DNA of 64,000 nt from a bacterium (GTDB lineage Bacteria > Zhuqueibacterota > Zhuqueibacteria > Oceanimicrobiales > Oceanimicrobiaceae). Shown here one piece after another: positions 44,624-53,588 of this stretch (position 1 is its first letter; the number at the start of each line of letters is the position of its first letter). The position numbers and the translations under genes are program-made. The stretch lies in the NCBI GenBank assembly GCA_046758365.1, contig JBHIAC010000004.1:3211-67210 (forward strand), given 5' to 3'. The notes below the pieces were generated by a model that was not told the origin of the DNA, made no database searches, and worked only from the letters and a program-made list of their open reading frames with translations.

Positions 44624-44659
44624 GCCGCCAGATTTAATAAAATCTATGGCGGTTTTTTT
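44624..44659 (+). terminator. rho-independent terminator ending the TPR/Exb operon
   Basis: GCCGCCAGAT...ATCTATGGCGG stem followed by T7. Confidence 0.7.
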
Positions 44660-44746
44660 ATCTCCTTATAACAATTTTATATACTAATGGATTGGAATGA
44701 ATATTTATAAAATTTGATTTTGGGAGGGGTAATAAAGTTGGATAAA

Positions 44747-46510
44747 ATGGAGGGATGGAAAAGAACCCATACCTGCGGAGAGTTGGGTATAAAAAACTGT
44801 GGCCATGATGTAATTTTAATGGGATGGGTTCACCGTAGAAGAGATCATGGCGGATTAATTTTTATCGATTTAAGAGATCGTTACGGAATTACTCAGGTGG
44901 TGTTTGATCCACAGATTTCCAATGAGTCCTACCTACGTGCCAAGGAGTTGCGTGGCGAGTTTGTAATAGCAATTAAGGGAGTAGTCCAAAAAAGACCTGA
45001 AGGAATGGTTAATCCTAATATAATAACAGGTACAATCGAAGTATCAGCTCAAAATCTTAAAATATTAAATAAATCCAAAACGCCTCCATTTGGTATTGAT
45101 GACAATGTAGAAGCCTCTGAGGAATTGCGTTTAAAATACCGTTATATTGATCTTAGAAATACTGAGATGCAGAAAAGTTTATGCATCAGGCACAAAACTT
45201 ACCAGATAGTAAGGTCGTATTTTGATCGCCATGGATTCTTAGAAATTGAAACTCCTTATCTGATGCGAAGCACTCCTGAAGGTGCAAGGGATTATTTAGT
45301 TCCCAGCAGAATACATAAGAGCAAGTTTTATGCGCTGCCTCAAAGTCCTCAAACCTATAAACAAATTCTCATGATTGCTGGTCTGGATCGATATTTTCAG
45401 ATTGTCCGTTGCTTTAGAGATGAAGACCTCCGTGCAGACCGACAGCCGGAATTCACCCAAATAGATGTAGAAATGTCTTTCGTAGGAGTCGATGATGTTC
45501 TACAAATGGTTGAAGGATTGATGGTAGATATTTTCAAAAAAATATTAGAGATAGATATTGAAGAACCCTTTCCTCGATTTACTTATGAAGAAGCCATGAC
45601 AAAGTATGGCACCGATAAGCCAGATATTCGCTTTGGAATGGAAATTGTAGATATTAGCAATCTAGTGAAAAAGTGCAATTTTAAAGTATTTACTGAAAGT
45701 CTAAAATCAGGGGGCATCGTTTGCGGTTTAGTAATGCCAAACGGCGCAAATTTTTCTCGAAAACGGATTGAGCAATTAACAAAATCATTGGTGAATGAAG
45801 GGGCAAAAGGATTAGTTGCCATTAAATTATCCCAAAACGGTTGGGATTCCCCATTAATAAAATTATTTCCACACGATACTATTAATAAAATCAATCAGGC
45901 TTTTGTTGCGAAAGCTGGAGACCTGCTTCTTTTAATTGCGGATGAAAAATTTAAGGCATTATCATTAGCGGGATTCTTGAGGCAAAAATTAGCTGAAGAA
46001 GAGAATTTGATTCCTGAACGAGAATTTAAACATGTATGGATTGTTAATTTTCCTCTTTTAGAATTTGAACCGAAGGAAAATAGATTTGTGGCGCGTCATC
46101 ATCCTTTTACAGCACCTCTGGACCAAGACTTGAAACTATTAGAGAAAAATCCCGAAAAGGTGAGAGCAAAATCTTATGATTTGGTATTAAATGGCTATGA
46201 AATAGCTGGAGGTAGCATCCGAATTCATAATCGAGATTTGCAAAATAAAGTGTTCGGTTTACTTAATATTTCAGAAAAAGAGGCTCAAAACAAGTTTGGA
46301 TTTCTATTGGAAGCATTTGAATGCGGCGCACCCCCTCATGGTGGCATTGCATTTGGCTTTGACCGCTTGGTGATGTTATTGGCCAATAAAAAGTCCATTC
46401 GAGAAGTCATTGCCTTTCCAAAAACTAATAGTACTCTGTCACTTATGGATGGGGCTCCTTCTGAAGTTACGCAAATGCAACTTCAAGAATTAGGTTTGAA
46501 AATAGTGTAA
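44747..46510 (+). CDS. aspS: aspartate--tRNA ligase
   Basis: Class II motifs (FRDEDLRADRQPEFTQ, GGGSIRIH, the GFDRLVML family). The start is ATG 44747 or TTG 44738, downstream of GGGAGGGG. Confidence 0.95.
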   Translation: MEGWKRTHTCGELGIKNCGHDVILMGWVHRRRDHGGLIFIDLRDRYGITQVVFDPQISNESYLRAKELRGEFVIAIKGVVQKRPEGMVNPNIITGTIEVSAQNLKILNKSKTPPFGIDDNVEASEELRLKYRYIDLRNTEMQKSLCIRHKTYQIVRSYFDRHGFLEIETPYLMRSTPEGARDYLVPSRIHKSKFYALPQSPQTYKQILMIAGLDRYFQIVRCFRDEDLRADRQPEFTQIDVEMSFVGVDDVLQMVEGLMVDIFKKILEIDIEEPFPRFTYEEAMTKYGTDKPDIRFGMEIVDISNLVKKCNFKVFTESLKSGGIVCGLVMPNGANFSRKRIEQLTKSLVNEGAKGLVAIKLSQNGWDSPLIKLFPHDTINKINQAFVAKAGDLLLLIADEKFKALSLAGFLRQKLAEEENLIPEREFKHVWIVNFPLLEFEPKENRFVARHHPFTAPLDQDLKLLEKNPEKVRAKSYDLVLNGYEIAGGSIRIHNRDLQNKVFGLLNISEKEAQNKFGFLLEAFECGAPPHGGIAFGFDRLVMLLANKKSIREVIAFPKTNSTLSLMDGAPSEVTQMQLQELGLKIV

Positions 46511-46522
46511 ATTATTTTTTTC

Positions 46523-46551
46523 TTGACATTTAGATTTTTTTTTGTTATTAT
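46523..46551 (+). promoter_or_regulatory. putative sigma70-type promoter
   Basis: TTGACA, 17-nt spacer, TATTAT, about 105 nt upstream of the lipoprotein gene. Confidence 0.4.
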
Positions 46552-46657
46552 TGCTTTTGTGATTGAATATTATTAGTATGAGATGTAGAATTAATACTAA
46601 TAAAAACCTAGTATTTAAATAACCCCAAAAAGACTCGGAGAGGAGGTGAACTGATTT

Positions 46658-46927
46658 ATGAAAAAATTATCGAAATTTTTATTGCTGTCAGTTAGTACGT
46701 TATTTGTTCTTTCCTCTTTCTCTTTAATTGGCTGCACCAAACATCCAAGCACTGAACAACTGCAAGCATTAGATGAACAAAAAAATGCTGCTTTGTCAGC
46801 AGAAAATACTTTAGAGGAGAGAAGACAAGAGAAGAGTAAGCAAGAAAGTGAATTAAATAAAAAGAAAAAAGAATTACAAGATACTAAGAAGGAACTGGAA
46901 GAAGTAAAAAAACGGATTGTTGAGTAA
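46658..46927 (+). CDS. small coiled-coil lipoprotein
   Basis: Lipobox LIGC, then a charged heptad-rich 60 aa. RBS GGAGAGGAGG. Confidence 0.6.
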   Translation: MKKLSKFLLLSVSTLFVLSSFSLIGCTKHPSTEQLQALDEQKNAALSAENTLEERRQEKSKQESELNKKKKELQDTKKELEEVKKRIVE

Positions 46928-46969
46928 TTCAGATTTTTTACCTATTATTCCAAAGTAAGGAGGGCTAAT

Positions 46970-47818
46970 ATGAAAGCTGTGACCAAAACTCTCTTTGCCT
47001 TCTCTATAATGGTTGTACTTTTTTTGGCCTCTGGGTATAACATGAGCCTTGCCCAAGAGATGACGATGAAAGAGTACAATGCCCAGTTGCAAGAGTGGGC
47101 AAATCGGGAGACAGCAGCGAAAGATGAAATTGCTAAATTAGACAGCGAGATTGAATCGCTTAACTCCCAAATTTCTGATATGGACGCTCAAATTAAAGAT
47201 GTTTGGGCAGAAATTTACAATGTTATTGGTACCACCGAAGAGGAAGTAAATGCTTTCCGTCAACAACTAAATGGTCTGGAAAATGAATTAAACGCCTTGG
47301 GTGCTTTATCACCAGAAGATTTATTTAAAAGACGGAAGGAAATGGATGCCATTGAAGAAAAACTTCAAGAGCATAAAAAGAGTAGAATTGCTGTATTAAC
47401 TGAAATGCAAGATAAAATAGCCAGCCTCGATGGTAAAATTGCACAGCTCAGATCAAGAATGCCAAAGGCTATTTATGATGAATACACGGTTGTTCGTGGC
47501 GATTATCTCTGGAGAGTTTCCAAAAAGCCTGATATATACGGAGATCCCTTCCAATGGATCCGAATATATTCTTACAATCGCGACCAGATAAAAGATCCTG
47601 ATTTGATTTATCCTGATCAAATCTTTAAGATTCAAAGGGAAGTCGGACCCAATGAATATTTGGTAGGTCGGGGTGAAAGCTTGACTAAGATATCTGGTAG
47701 CGTAGAGGTATTGGGTGATCCAACCAAATGGCGAGCACTATATGAGGCCAATAAAGACGTCATTGGGGATGATCCTAGTTTTATTTATCCTTATCAGGTA
47801 TTGACTATTCCTCAATAG
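46970..47818 (+). CDS. coiled-coil protein with two C-terminal LysM domains
   Basis: YTVVRGDYLWRVSKK...IYPDQIFKI and YLVGRGESLTKIS...IYPYQVLTIP. Confidence 0.8.
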   Translation: MKAVTKTLFAFSIMVVLFLASGYNMSLAQEMTMKEYNAQLQEWANRETAAKDEIAKLDSEIESLNSQISDMDAQIKDVWAEIYNVIGTTEEEVNAFRQQLNGLENELNALGALSPEDLFKRRKEMDAIEEKLQEHKKSRIAVLTEMQDKIASLDGKIAQLRSRMPKAIYDEYTVVRGDYLWRVSKKPDIYGDPFQWIRIYSYNRDQIKDPDLIYPDQIFKIQREVGPNEYLVGRGESLTKISGSVEVLGDPTKWRALYEANKDVIGDDPSFIYPYQVLTIPQ

Positions 47819-47926
47819 TTAAGTAAAATTAGTAGGTATCTCGGGTTATCTTAAAATATCTGTTTTCATTTAGTGCCCAAATATATGAGTTTTTAATAAA
47901 CTGTGTTGTAATTTTTGTTAATTATA

Positions 47927-47976
47927 AGCTCTTGTATCGATGGTGAAAAATATCCATACGGTCAAGAGCTTTTTTT
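47927..47976 (+). terminator. rho-independent terminator
   Basis: AAGCTCTTG...CAAGAGCTT stem followed by a T-run. Confidence 0.75.
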
Positions 47977-48005
47977 GTTAATTATATCAAATAATTGAAA
48001 TAAAA

Positions 48006-48995
48006 TTGAACAATTCAAAAAAAGTCCAAAAAAGAATTTCAATAAAGGGCGTCGATCAGCTTAAACTTTTCGGGTTTCAGGATAACTATTTAAAAATTCT
48101 TCAGAAGGAATTTAATGCAAAAATTGTTGCCCGAGGCAGTGAATTAATTTTAGAGGGCGAACCCGCAGATGTTGAGATTCTTCAAAAAGTTTTTTATGAA
48201 TTAATTTTGATGGTCACACGTGATCAAGACATCTCAGAGAAAGATATAGAAACAATTTTAGAACTTGTGAAAAATAAAAGTTCCAAGAGTATCCAAAATT
48301 TCGAACTTACCGATTCGGTTATTCTTTACACAAAAAATGGATTTATAAAGCCGAAAAGTTTGGGCCAAAGAACTTTTTATGAATCATCAATAAAGAATGA
48401 TATTGTTTTTGTTATTGGTCCAGCGGGAACTGGAAAAACATATTTAGCAGTGGCCATAGCTGTGGCTGCGCTACGAGACCGAGAAATTGATAAACTCATT
48501 TTAACAAGACCTGCTGTTGAAGCTGGTGAAAGTTTAGGCTTTTTACCTGGTGATTTTAGAGAAAAAGTAGATCCATATCTTCGACCTCTTTATGATGCGC
48601 TTTCCAACATGATACCTTCGGATAAACTCAAAAGATATTTAGAAACCCGTGTGATAGAAATCGTACCTTTGGCTTACATGCGGGGTCGTACACTGGACAA
48701 TGCTTTTGTTATATTAGATGAAGCTCAGAACACATCCTTTAATCAGATGAAAATGTTTTTAACTCGCTTGGGCATAAATTCCAAAGCCATAATTACAGGC
48801 GACATCACACAAATTGATTTACCCAATTCTAAACTTTCTGGTCTTGTTCAGATTCAATCAATACTATCTGAAATAGAGGGAATTGAATTCATTTATTTGA
48901 CTGAACGTGATGTTGTTCGCCATCGCTTAGTGCGCGACATTATACAGGCTTATGATGCCTATGAAAGTATGAATGACATAGGGGTAAAAAGGTAA
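48006..48995 (+). CDS. phoH: PhoH-family ATPase (PhoH/YbeZ)
   Basis: GPAGTGKTYLA Walker A, ILDEAQN Walker B, ITGDITQIDLP. TTG start. Confidence 0.9.
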   Translation: MNNSKKVQKRISIKGVDQLKLFGFQDNYLKILQKEFNAKIVARGSELILEGEPADVEILQKVFYELILMVTRDQDISEKDIETILELVKNKSSKSIQNFELTDSVILYTKNGFIKPKSLGQRTFYESSIKNDIVFVIGPAGTGKTYLAVAIAVAALRDREIDKLILTRPAVEAGESLGFLPGDFREKVDPYLRPLYDALSNMIPSDKLKRYLETRVIEIVPLAYMRGRTLDNAFVILDEAQNTSFNQMKMFLTRLGINSKAIITGDITQIDLPNSKLSGLVQIQSILSEIEGIEFIYLTERDVVRHRLVRDIIQAYDAYESMNDIGVKR

Positions 48996-49130
48996 CTAAA
49001 GGACGTTGGATACATCCCATAGGATATTTATCCAACGGGAGAGACCCTACGTCCTAAAAGTTGATTATCCAGTTATTGCACCAATGCCATGAATAATATT
49101 AAGAAACAACCATAGATTCGGAGTTTTTAC

Positions 49131-51500
49131 TTGTCAAAGATTGCTAAGATAGCTTCTAATATTCAAAAAGTCTATCAGGAATCACTGAAAACCTTAAGAG
49201 GTTATATAGTTTGGCGTTTTACCCCACAGCTTCTAATGGGTTTAGTGATTGTAGTAACCACTACCTTTATGTTCCCTCACAACCAGTCTTATCAATTTGT
49301 GGATTTAAAAGAAGGAGACGTTTATACTGATGAGGAAGTAATCGCTCCGTTTACGTTTTTTATTAATAAAAGTGAGGAAGAGTATAACCGCGATAAAAAA
49401 ATAGCTGCAGAAAAAGTACCACCTATATTTGTCCGTAAGGATAGCATTGAGATAGAGGCAATAGAAAAATTAGATCAACTAATTCAAAAAATAGATGAAA
49501 TTCGTAATTCTGTATATTCTGATTCGATAAAAATACGAAGAATAAAAGAAGTTTTAAATGATTATTCAATCATAATAGAACAAGAAAATATTGCCTTTTT
49601 ATTAACCGACAAGATCGAGACAAAAACTAACTCCATCCCCAGTAAACATCTAGCAAATAAACGAATAAATTCTAAAAAAAAGACAAACACAAATTCAAAT
49701 TTTTATTTTAAAATATTTATTAGAAATATTAAAAGAATTTTGACCGATATTTATACGATTGGTATAATAAATATTGGACCAAATGATATTCCTGCTCATG
49801 TAGTAAAAATTTCTGTAATCTCAGAAAATGCTGAATATTTGGAAGATTTAAATAATTTTTATATATATGCAGATAGAGATCGCATCTTACAGGATAAACT
49901 TCAGCAAGCTTTCCCTGAGCAGAATGCCATATTTAAACTTGGTTATTTAATTATTAGATCTTTTTTACAGCCCAATATGATTTATAATGAAGTCGAAACT
50001 GAATTCAGAATTCAAGAAGCCAAAAGTAAGGTACCGCTGGCCAAAGGAACGGTTCTTGAGAACGAAAGAATTATAAATACTCATGAAATAATTACAAAGG
50101 AATCATTAGAAAAGTTAAAATCATTAGCTGAAGCCAAAGCGGAAAAAGAATATAGAGAAGGTGGTTTCAAATTGATTTTGCCCTACTTGGGAAGAGTTTT
50201 AATTCTTTGTCTCTCTTTATCTTTTATTGTAATGTTTCTTTTAGTTTCTAGAAAAGAGATTTACAGTAATGTCAAAAAGATGTTGATGATTTTCATCATC
50301 TTTATGATTATACTTTTTATCACATATCTTAGTAATCAATTCGAATTTTCCAAATACCTCATTCCTATTACCATTGCTTCTATGCTTCTTACCATTTTTT
50401 ATGATACAAGAACAGCTTTTATTGGAACGGTCACATTGAGCATATTAATTGGTGCATTAAGAGGCAACGAATTTGGAATTATGATCATATCACTTTTTGT
50501 AGGAACTATTTCAACTTTTGCTGTTCGAGAAATCCAAGCACGTTCATGGATATTGAAAGGTATTTTATCTATTACTGGAGCCTATATTTTATCGATTGGC
50601 ACCTTGGAGTTTATAAGGAATACCTCAATTATGGAAATATTGAAATATTGGGGCTACGGTGGGCTCAACGGGTTGCTCTCTCCTATTATGACATATGGAC
50701 TCATGATTATTTTCGAATATCTATTCAAAATGACCACAGATTCCACTTTATTGGAATTATCAGATTTGAATAAACCACTACTACGTGAATTAGCTATTCG
50801 TGCACCAGGTACTTATCATCATAGTATTATGGTTGGAAATCTGTCAGAAACTGCGGCGGAAGCCATAGGGGCCAATGCTTTATTGGCTAGAGTTGGATCA
50901 TATTACCATGATATTGGCAAAATGGAGAAACCCGAATACTTTGTTGAAAACCAAAAAGGGGGTAAAAATCCACATGAAAAGCTTACCCCAAATATGAGCT
51001 GTTTGATTTTGATTAATCATGTTAAAAGAGGGCTTGATATTGCTGAAAATTATACTCTTCCAAAGGAAATTCGGGATTTTATTCCGCAGCATCATGGCAC
51101 TAATTTGATTAGTATCTTTTATAAGAAAGCTTTAGAAATGAATGAGGGAATTGAAGTTAATGAAGCAAATTTTCGATATCCAGGTCCAAAACCGAAAACG
51201 AAAGAAACGGGTATTGTTATGTTGGCTGATGGAGTAGAAGCAGCTTCTCGAACTTTACAAGATCCTACCGTGAGTAGAATTAGAAGTATGGTACATGCAA
51301 TTATTCAAGAAAGATTAGCAGATGCCGAATTAAATGAAAGCCCTTTAACTCTAAGAGATTTAAATCTCATTCAAGAGAGCTTTGTAACTCATTTAACTGG
51401 TATTTTTCATGGGCGAATTGAATATCCAGAACAAGAAAAAAAAATCTTCCGAAAAAGTAGTAAAAAATCAAAAAAGAAATCTCTTGAAGCTTCAAGTTAA
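49131..51500 (+). CDS. 7TM-receptor HD-domain phosphohydrolase (PgpH/YqfF-like)
   Basis: Extracellular N-domain, a 7-TM block, and an HD domain (HHSIMVGNL...YHDIGK). TTG start after GGAG. Confidence 0.85.
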   Translation: MSKIAKIASNIQKVYQESLKTLRGYIVWRFTPQLLMGLVIVVTTTFMFPHNQSYQFVDLKEGDVYTDEEVIAPFTFFINKSEEEYNRDKKIAAEKVPPIFVRKDSIEIEAIEKLDQLIQKIDEIRNSVYSDSIKIRRIKEVLNDYSIIIEQENIAFLLTDKIETKTNSIPSKHLANKRINSKKKTNTNSNFYFKIFIRNIKRILTDIYTIGIINIGPNDIPAHVVKISVISENAEYLEDLNNFYIYADRDRILQDKLQQAFPEQNAIFKLGYLIIRSFLQPNMIYNEVETEFRIQEAKSKVPLAKGTVLENERIINTHEIITKESLEKLKSLAEAKAEKEYREGGFKLILPYLGRVLILCLSLSFIVMFLLVSRKEIYSNVKKMLMIFIIFMIILFITYLSNQFEFSKYLIPITIASMLLTIFYDTRTAFIGTVTLSILIGALRGNEFGIMIISLFVGTISTFAVREIQARSWILKGILSITGAYILSIGTLEFIRNTSIMEILKYWGYGGLNGLLSPIMTYGLMIIFEYLFKMTTDSTLLELSDLNKPLLRELAIRAPGTYHHSIMVGNLSETAAEAIGANALLARVGSYYHDIGKMEKPEYFVENQKGGKNPHEKLTPNMSCLILINHVKRGLDIAENYTLPKEIRDFIPQHHGTNLISIFYKKALEMNEGIEVNEANFRYPGPKPKTKETGIVMLADGVEAASRTLQDPTVSRIRSMVHAIIQERLADAELNESPLTLRDLNLIQESFVTHLTGIFHGRIEYPEQEKKIFRKSSKKSKKKSLEASS

Positions 51501-51900
51501 AGTTCATAACCCTTATACTAAAAAAATAGACCTAGTTGAAATTGAAAATATTGCGAAAAAAGTCTGGTATAGGGAAAGTCATGTTGATGGTTATATTGAA
51601 ATAATTTTGGTAAATGATGAGTATATAAAAGATTTAAATAAAAAATTTTTAAACAAAAACTCACCTACTGATGTAATTGCCTTTCATTTTTCTAAAGAAA
51701 AGGATAAATTATTTGAAGGAGAAATTTATATCAGCTTAGACAGAGTCAAGGAACAGGCTTGTAGGTATAACGTAAAACTAAAAGAAGAGTTGCATAGGAT
51801 GGTTATTCATGGAATTTTGCATTTTTTAGGCTATGGGGATAAGAATGAAAAAGAGAAACAGATTATGACAAATCGAGAGAATTACTACTTGACGATTTAA
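51484..51900 (+). CDS. ybeY: rRNA maturation endoribonuclease YbeY
   Basis: PTDVIAFHF and the zinc motif HGILHFLGYGD. TTG 51484 is preferred, which overlaps pgpH by 17 nt; the listed ATG 51409 would overlap by 92 nt. Confidence 0.85.
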   Translation: MKLQVKVHNPYTKKIDLVEIENIAKKVWYRESHVDGYIEIILVNDEYIKDLNKKFLNKNSPTDVIAFHFSKEKDKLFEGEIYISLDRVKEQACRYNVKLKEELHRMVIHGILHFLGYGDKNEKEKQIMTNRENYYLTI

Positions 51901-52007
51901 ACGATAAAACCTCATAAAAAAATTCATACATGTTAACTAGTTTTTTTATGACAATCTCTAACTTTATTTAAGTTTTTTGAAAATTAAAACAAGGAAATAA
52001 TATTCAT

Positions 52008-53324
52008 TTGGATCCAGATTCATTTATATTAATATTAATTGTTTTTTTAATTCTTATTTTACTTTCTACATTTTTTTCTGGAACAGAAACCGCTTATTTT
52101 TCTCTTACTGAAGTTGATCTTCAAGAACTGAGAAAAAAAGCCACAAAAAGATCCTGCCGGACCGTAAAACTTCTCAGCAATCCCAAAACAATTTTTATTG
52201 CTATCCGAATCGGTGCCCTGACTATTAATATTGCATTAATTGGTGTGGGGATACTTTTAGCTGAATTTATCACGCGTTTTAGTGATATTTCTTTTGCACT
52301 CACTTTGTTTATCATGGTGTGTATAGTTGCATTTATTCTATTTATAATTAATGAATTATGGGTGAAGCTTTTTGTTCTTAGTTATAACCGAACTTATGCT
52401 GAACTTGTTTCTTTCCCCCTAATGTTATTTTATTTAATGATATTGCCAATAGCAAACATTATTGCCAAACTTGTATTTTTTTTATCGTCAAAGCTAAAGG
52501 TTTCAAGCAAAAGCACCTTTTTCAATCATCAAAAAATCATGGCATTAGTTGAAGAGAACGAAGAAATAGGCAACCTTGAAGAAAATGAACGTGAAATGAT
52601 TCATTCGATTTTTGAATTTGGTGAAACTGAGGTACACGAAATTATGGTGCCTCGAACAGATATGGTTTGTGTTGAAGAAGGTACAAGTTTAAAGGAATTG
52701 ACCAAGCTCATCAAAAATAAAGGTCATAGTAGAATTCCTCTCTATGGTAAAGGGGTTGATAATATTGTGGGTATTATTCACGCCAAAGACCTTCTGCCAT
52801 ATATTATTAATGAAGGCTTCAAAAAACTAGATTTAAAATCCTTAGCTAGACCTGTTTATTTTGTGCCTGAAAGTAAAAAATTACAAAATTTACTAAAAGA
52901 ATTTCAACAGGAAAAATCTCATATGGCCATTGTAGTGGATGAATACGGTGGTACAGCGGGATTGGTAACCCTTGAAGATGTTATCGAAGAAATTGTAGGA
53001 GATATTCAAGATGAATATGACCAAGAACCTCCCTTGTATCTTAAATTAGATGAAAATAGTTTTTTAGTAGATGCAAAAATCGATTTGCACGAGTTAAACG
53101 AAGAGCTTGGGATTGATCTTCCTACCAAAGGTGAATATGAAAGTTTAGGTGGCTTTATTTTGTTTTTGACGGGATACGTTCCAGAAGAAAATGAAATTGT
53201 GAAATATAAGTGCTACTCATTTATTGTAGATAAAGTTATTGGCAACCGAATTGTTCGTATTAAACTTTCAATTGATAAACCACTGTTGGAGGATGTGGAT
53301 CAATCAAAAGATAATGATGCTTAG
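52008..53324 (+). CDS. CNNM/CorC-HlyC family transporter-associated protein (DUF21-CBS-CorC_HlyC)
   Basis: Four N-terminal TM helices, a CBS pair (VHEIMVPRTDM...), and the CorC_HlyC C-terminus. TTG start. Confidence 0.85.
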   Translation: MDPDSFILILIVFLILILLSTFFSGTETAYFSLTEVDLQELRKKATKRSCRTVKLLSNPKTIFIAIRIGALTINIALIGVGILLAEFITRFSDISFALTLFIMVCIVAFILFIINELWVKLFVLSYNRTYAELVSFPLMLFYLMILPIANIIAKLVFFLSSKLKVSSKSTFFNHQKIMALVEENEEIGNLEENEREMIHSIFEFGETEVHEIMVPRTDMVCVEEGTSLKELTKLIKNKGHSRIPLYGKGVDNIVGIIHAKDLLPYIINEGFKKLDLKSLARPVYFVPESKKLQNLLKEFQQEKSHMAIVVDEYGGTAGLVTLEDVIEEIVGDIQDEYDQEPPLYLKLDENSFLVDAKIDLHELNEELGIDLPTKGEYESLGGFILFLTGYVPEENEIVKYKCYSFIVDKVIGNRIVRIKLSIDKPLLEDVDQSKDNDA

Positions 53325-53346
53325 TGAAATTTAAAGATTTGAATAA

Positions 53347-53375
53347 ATGACGTAGGTGCAAAGCACCAACGTCAT
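53347..53375. repeat. palindrome family member B (compact hairpin)
   Basis: ATGACGTAGGTGC-AAA-GCACCAACGTCAT, which has the same arm sequences as 26282-26385 with the ~68-nt interior missing. Confidence 0.8.
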
Positions 53376-53490
53376 AAATTATCTATTATCCTAACTTTCG
53401 CTTCATAACAACTTGAATAATGCTTTTCTGGAATTATTTTAATTCTCACCGTAAAAACTTGAGCAGGAATTCAGGTTACATATTTTTTAC

Positions 53491-53519
53491 TTGACAATGG
53501 TTTTAATTTTCTTTAATAT
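53491..53519 (+). promoter_or_regulatory. putative sigma70-type promoter
   Basis: TTGACA, 17-nt spacer, TAATAT, about 70 nt upstream of the 53589 CDS. Confidence 0.35.
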
Positions 53520-53588
53520 AATATCGTTTTATAAGGTTCAAATAAACAGCAACATATCTCAATTGATAACCTAAGAAACGGAGGAATT

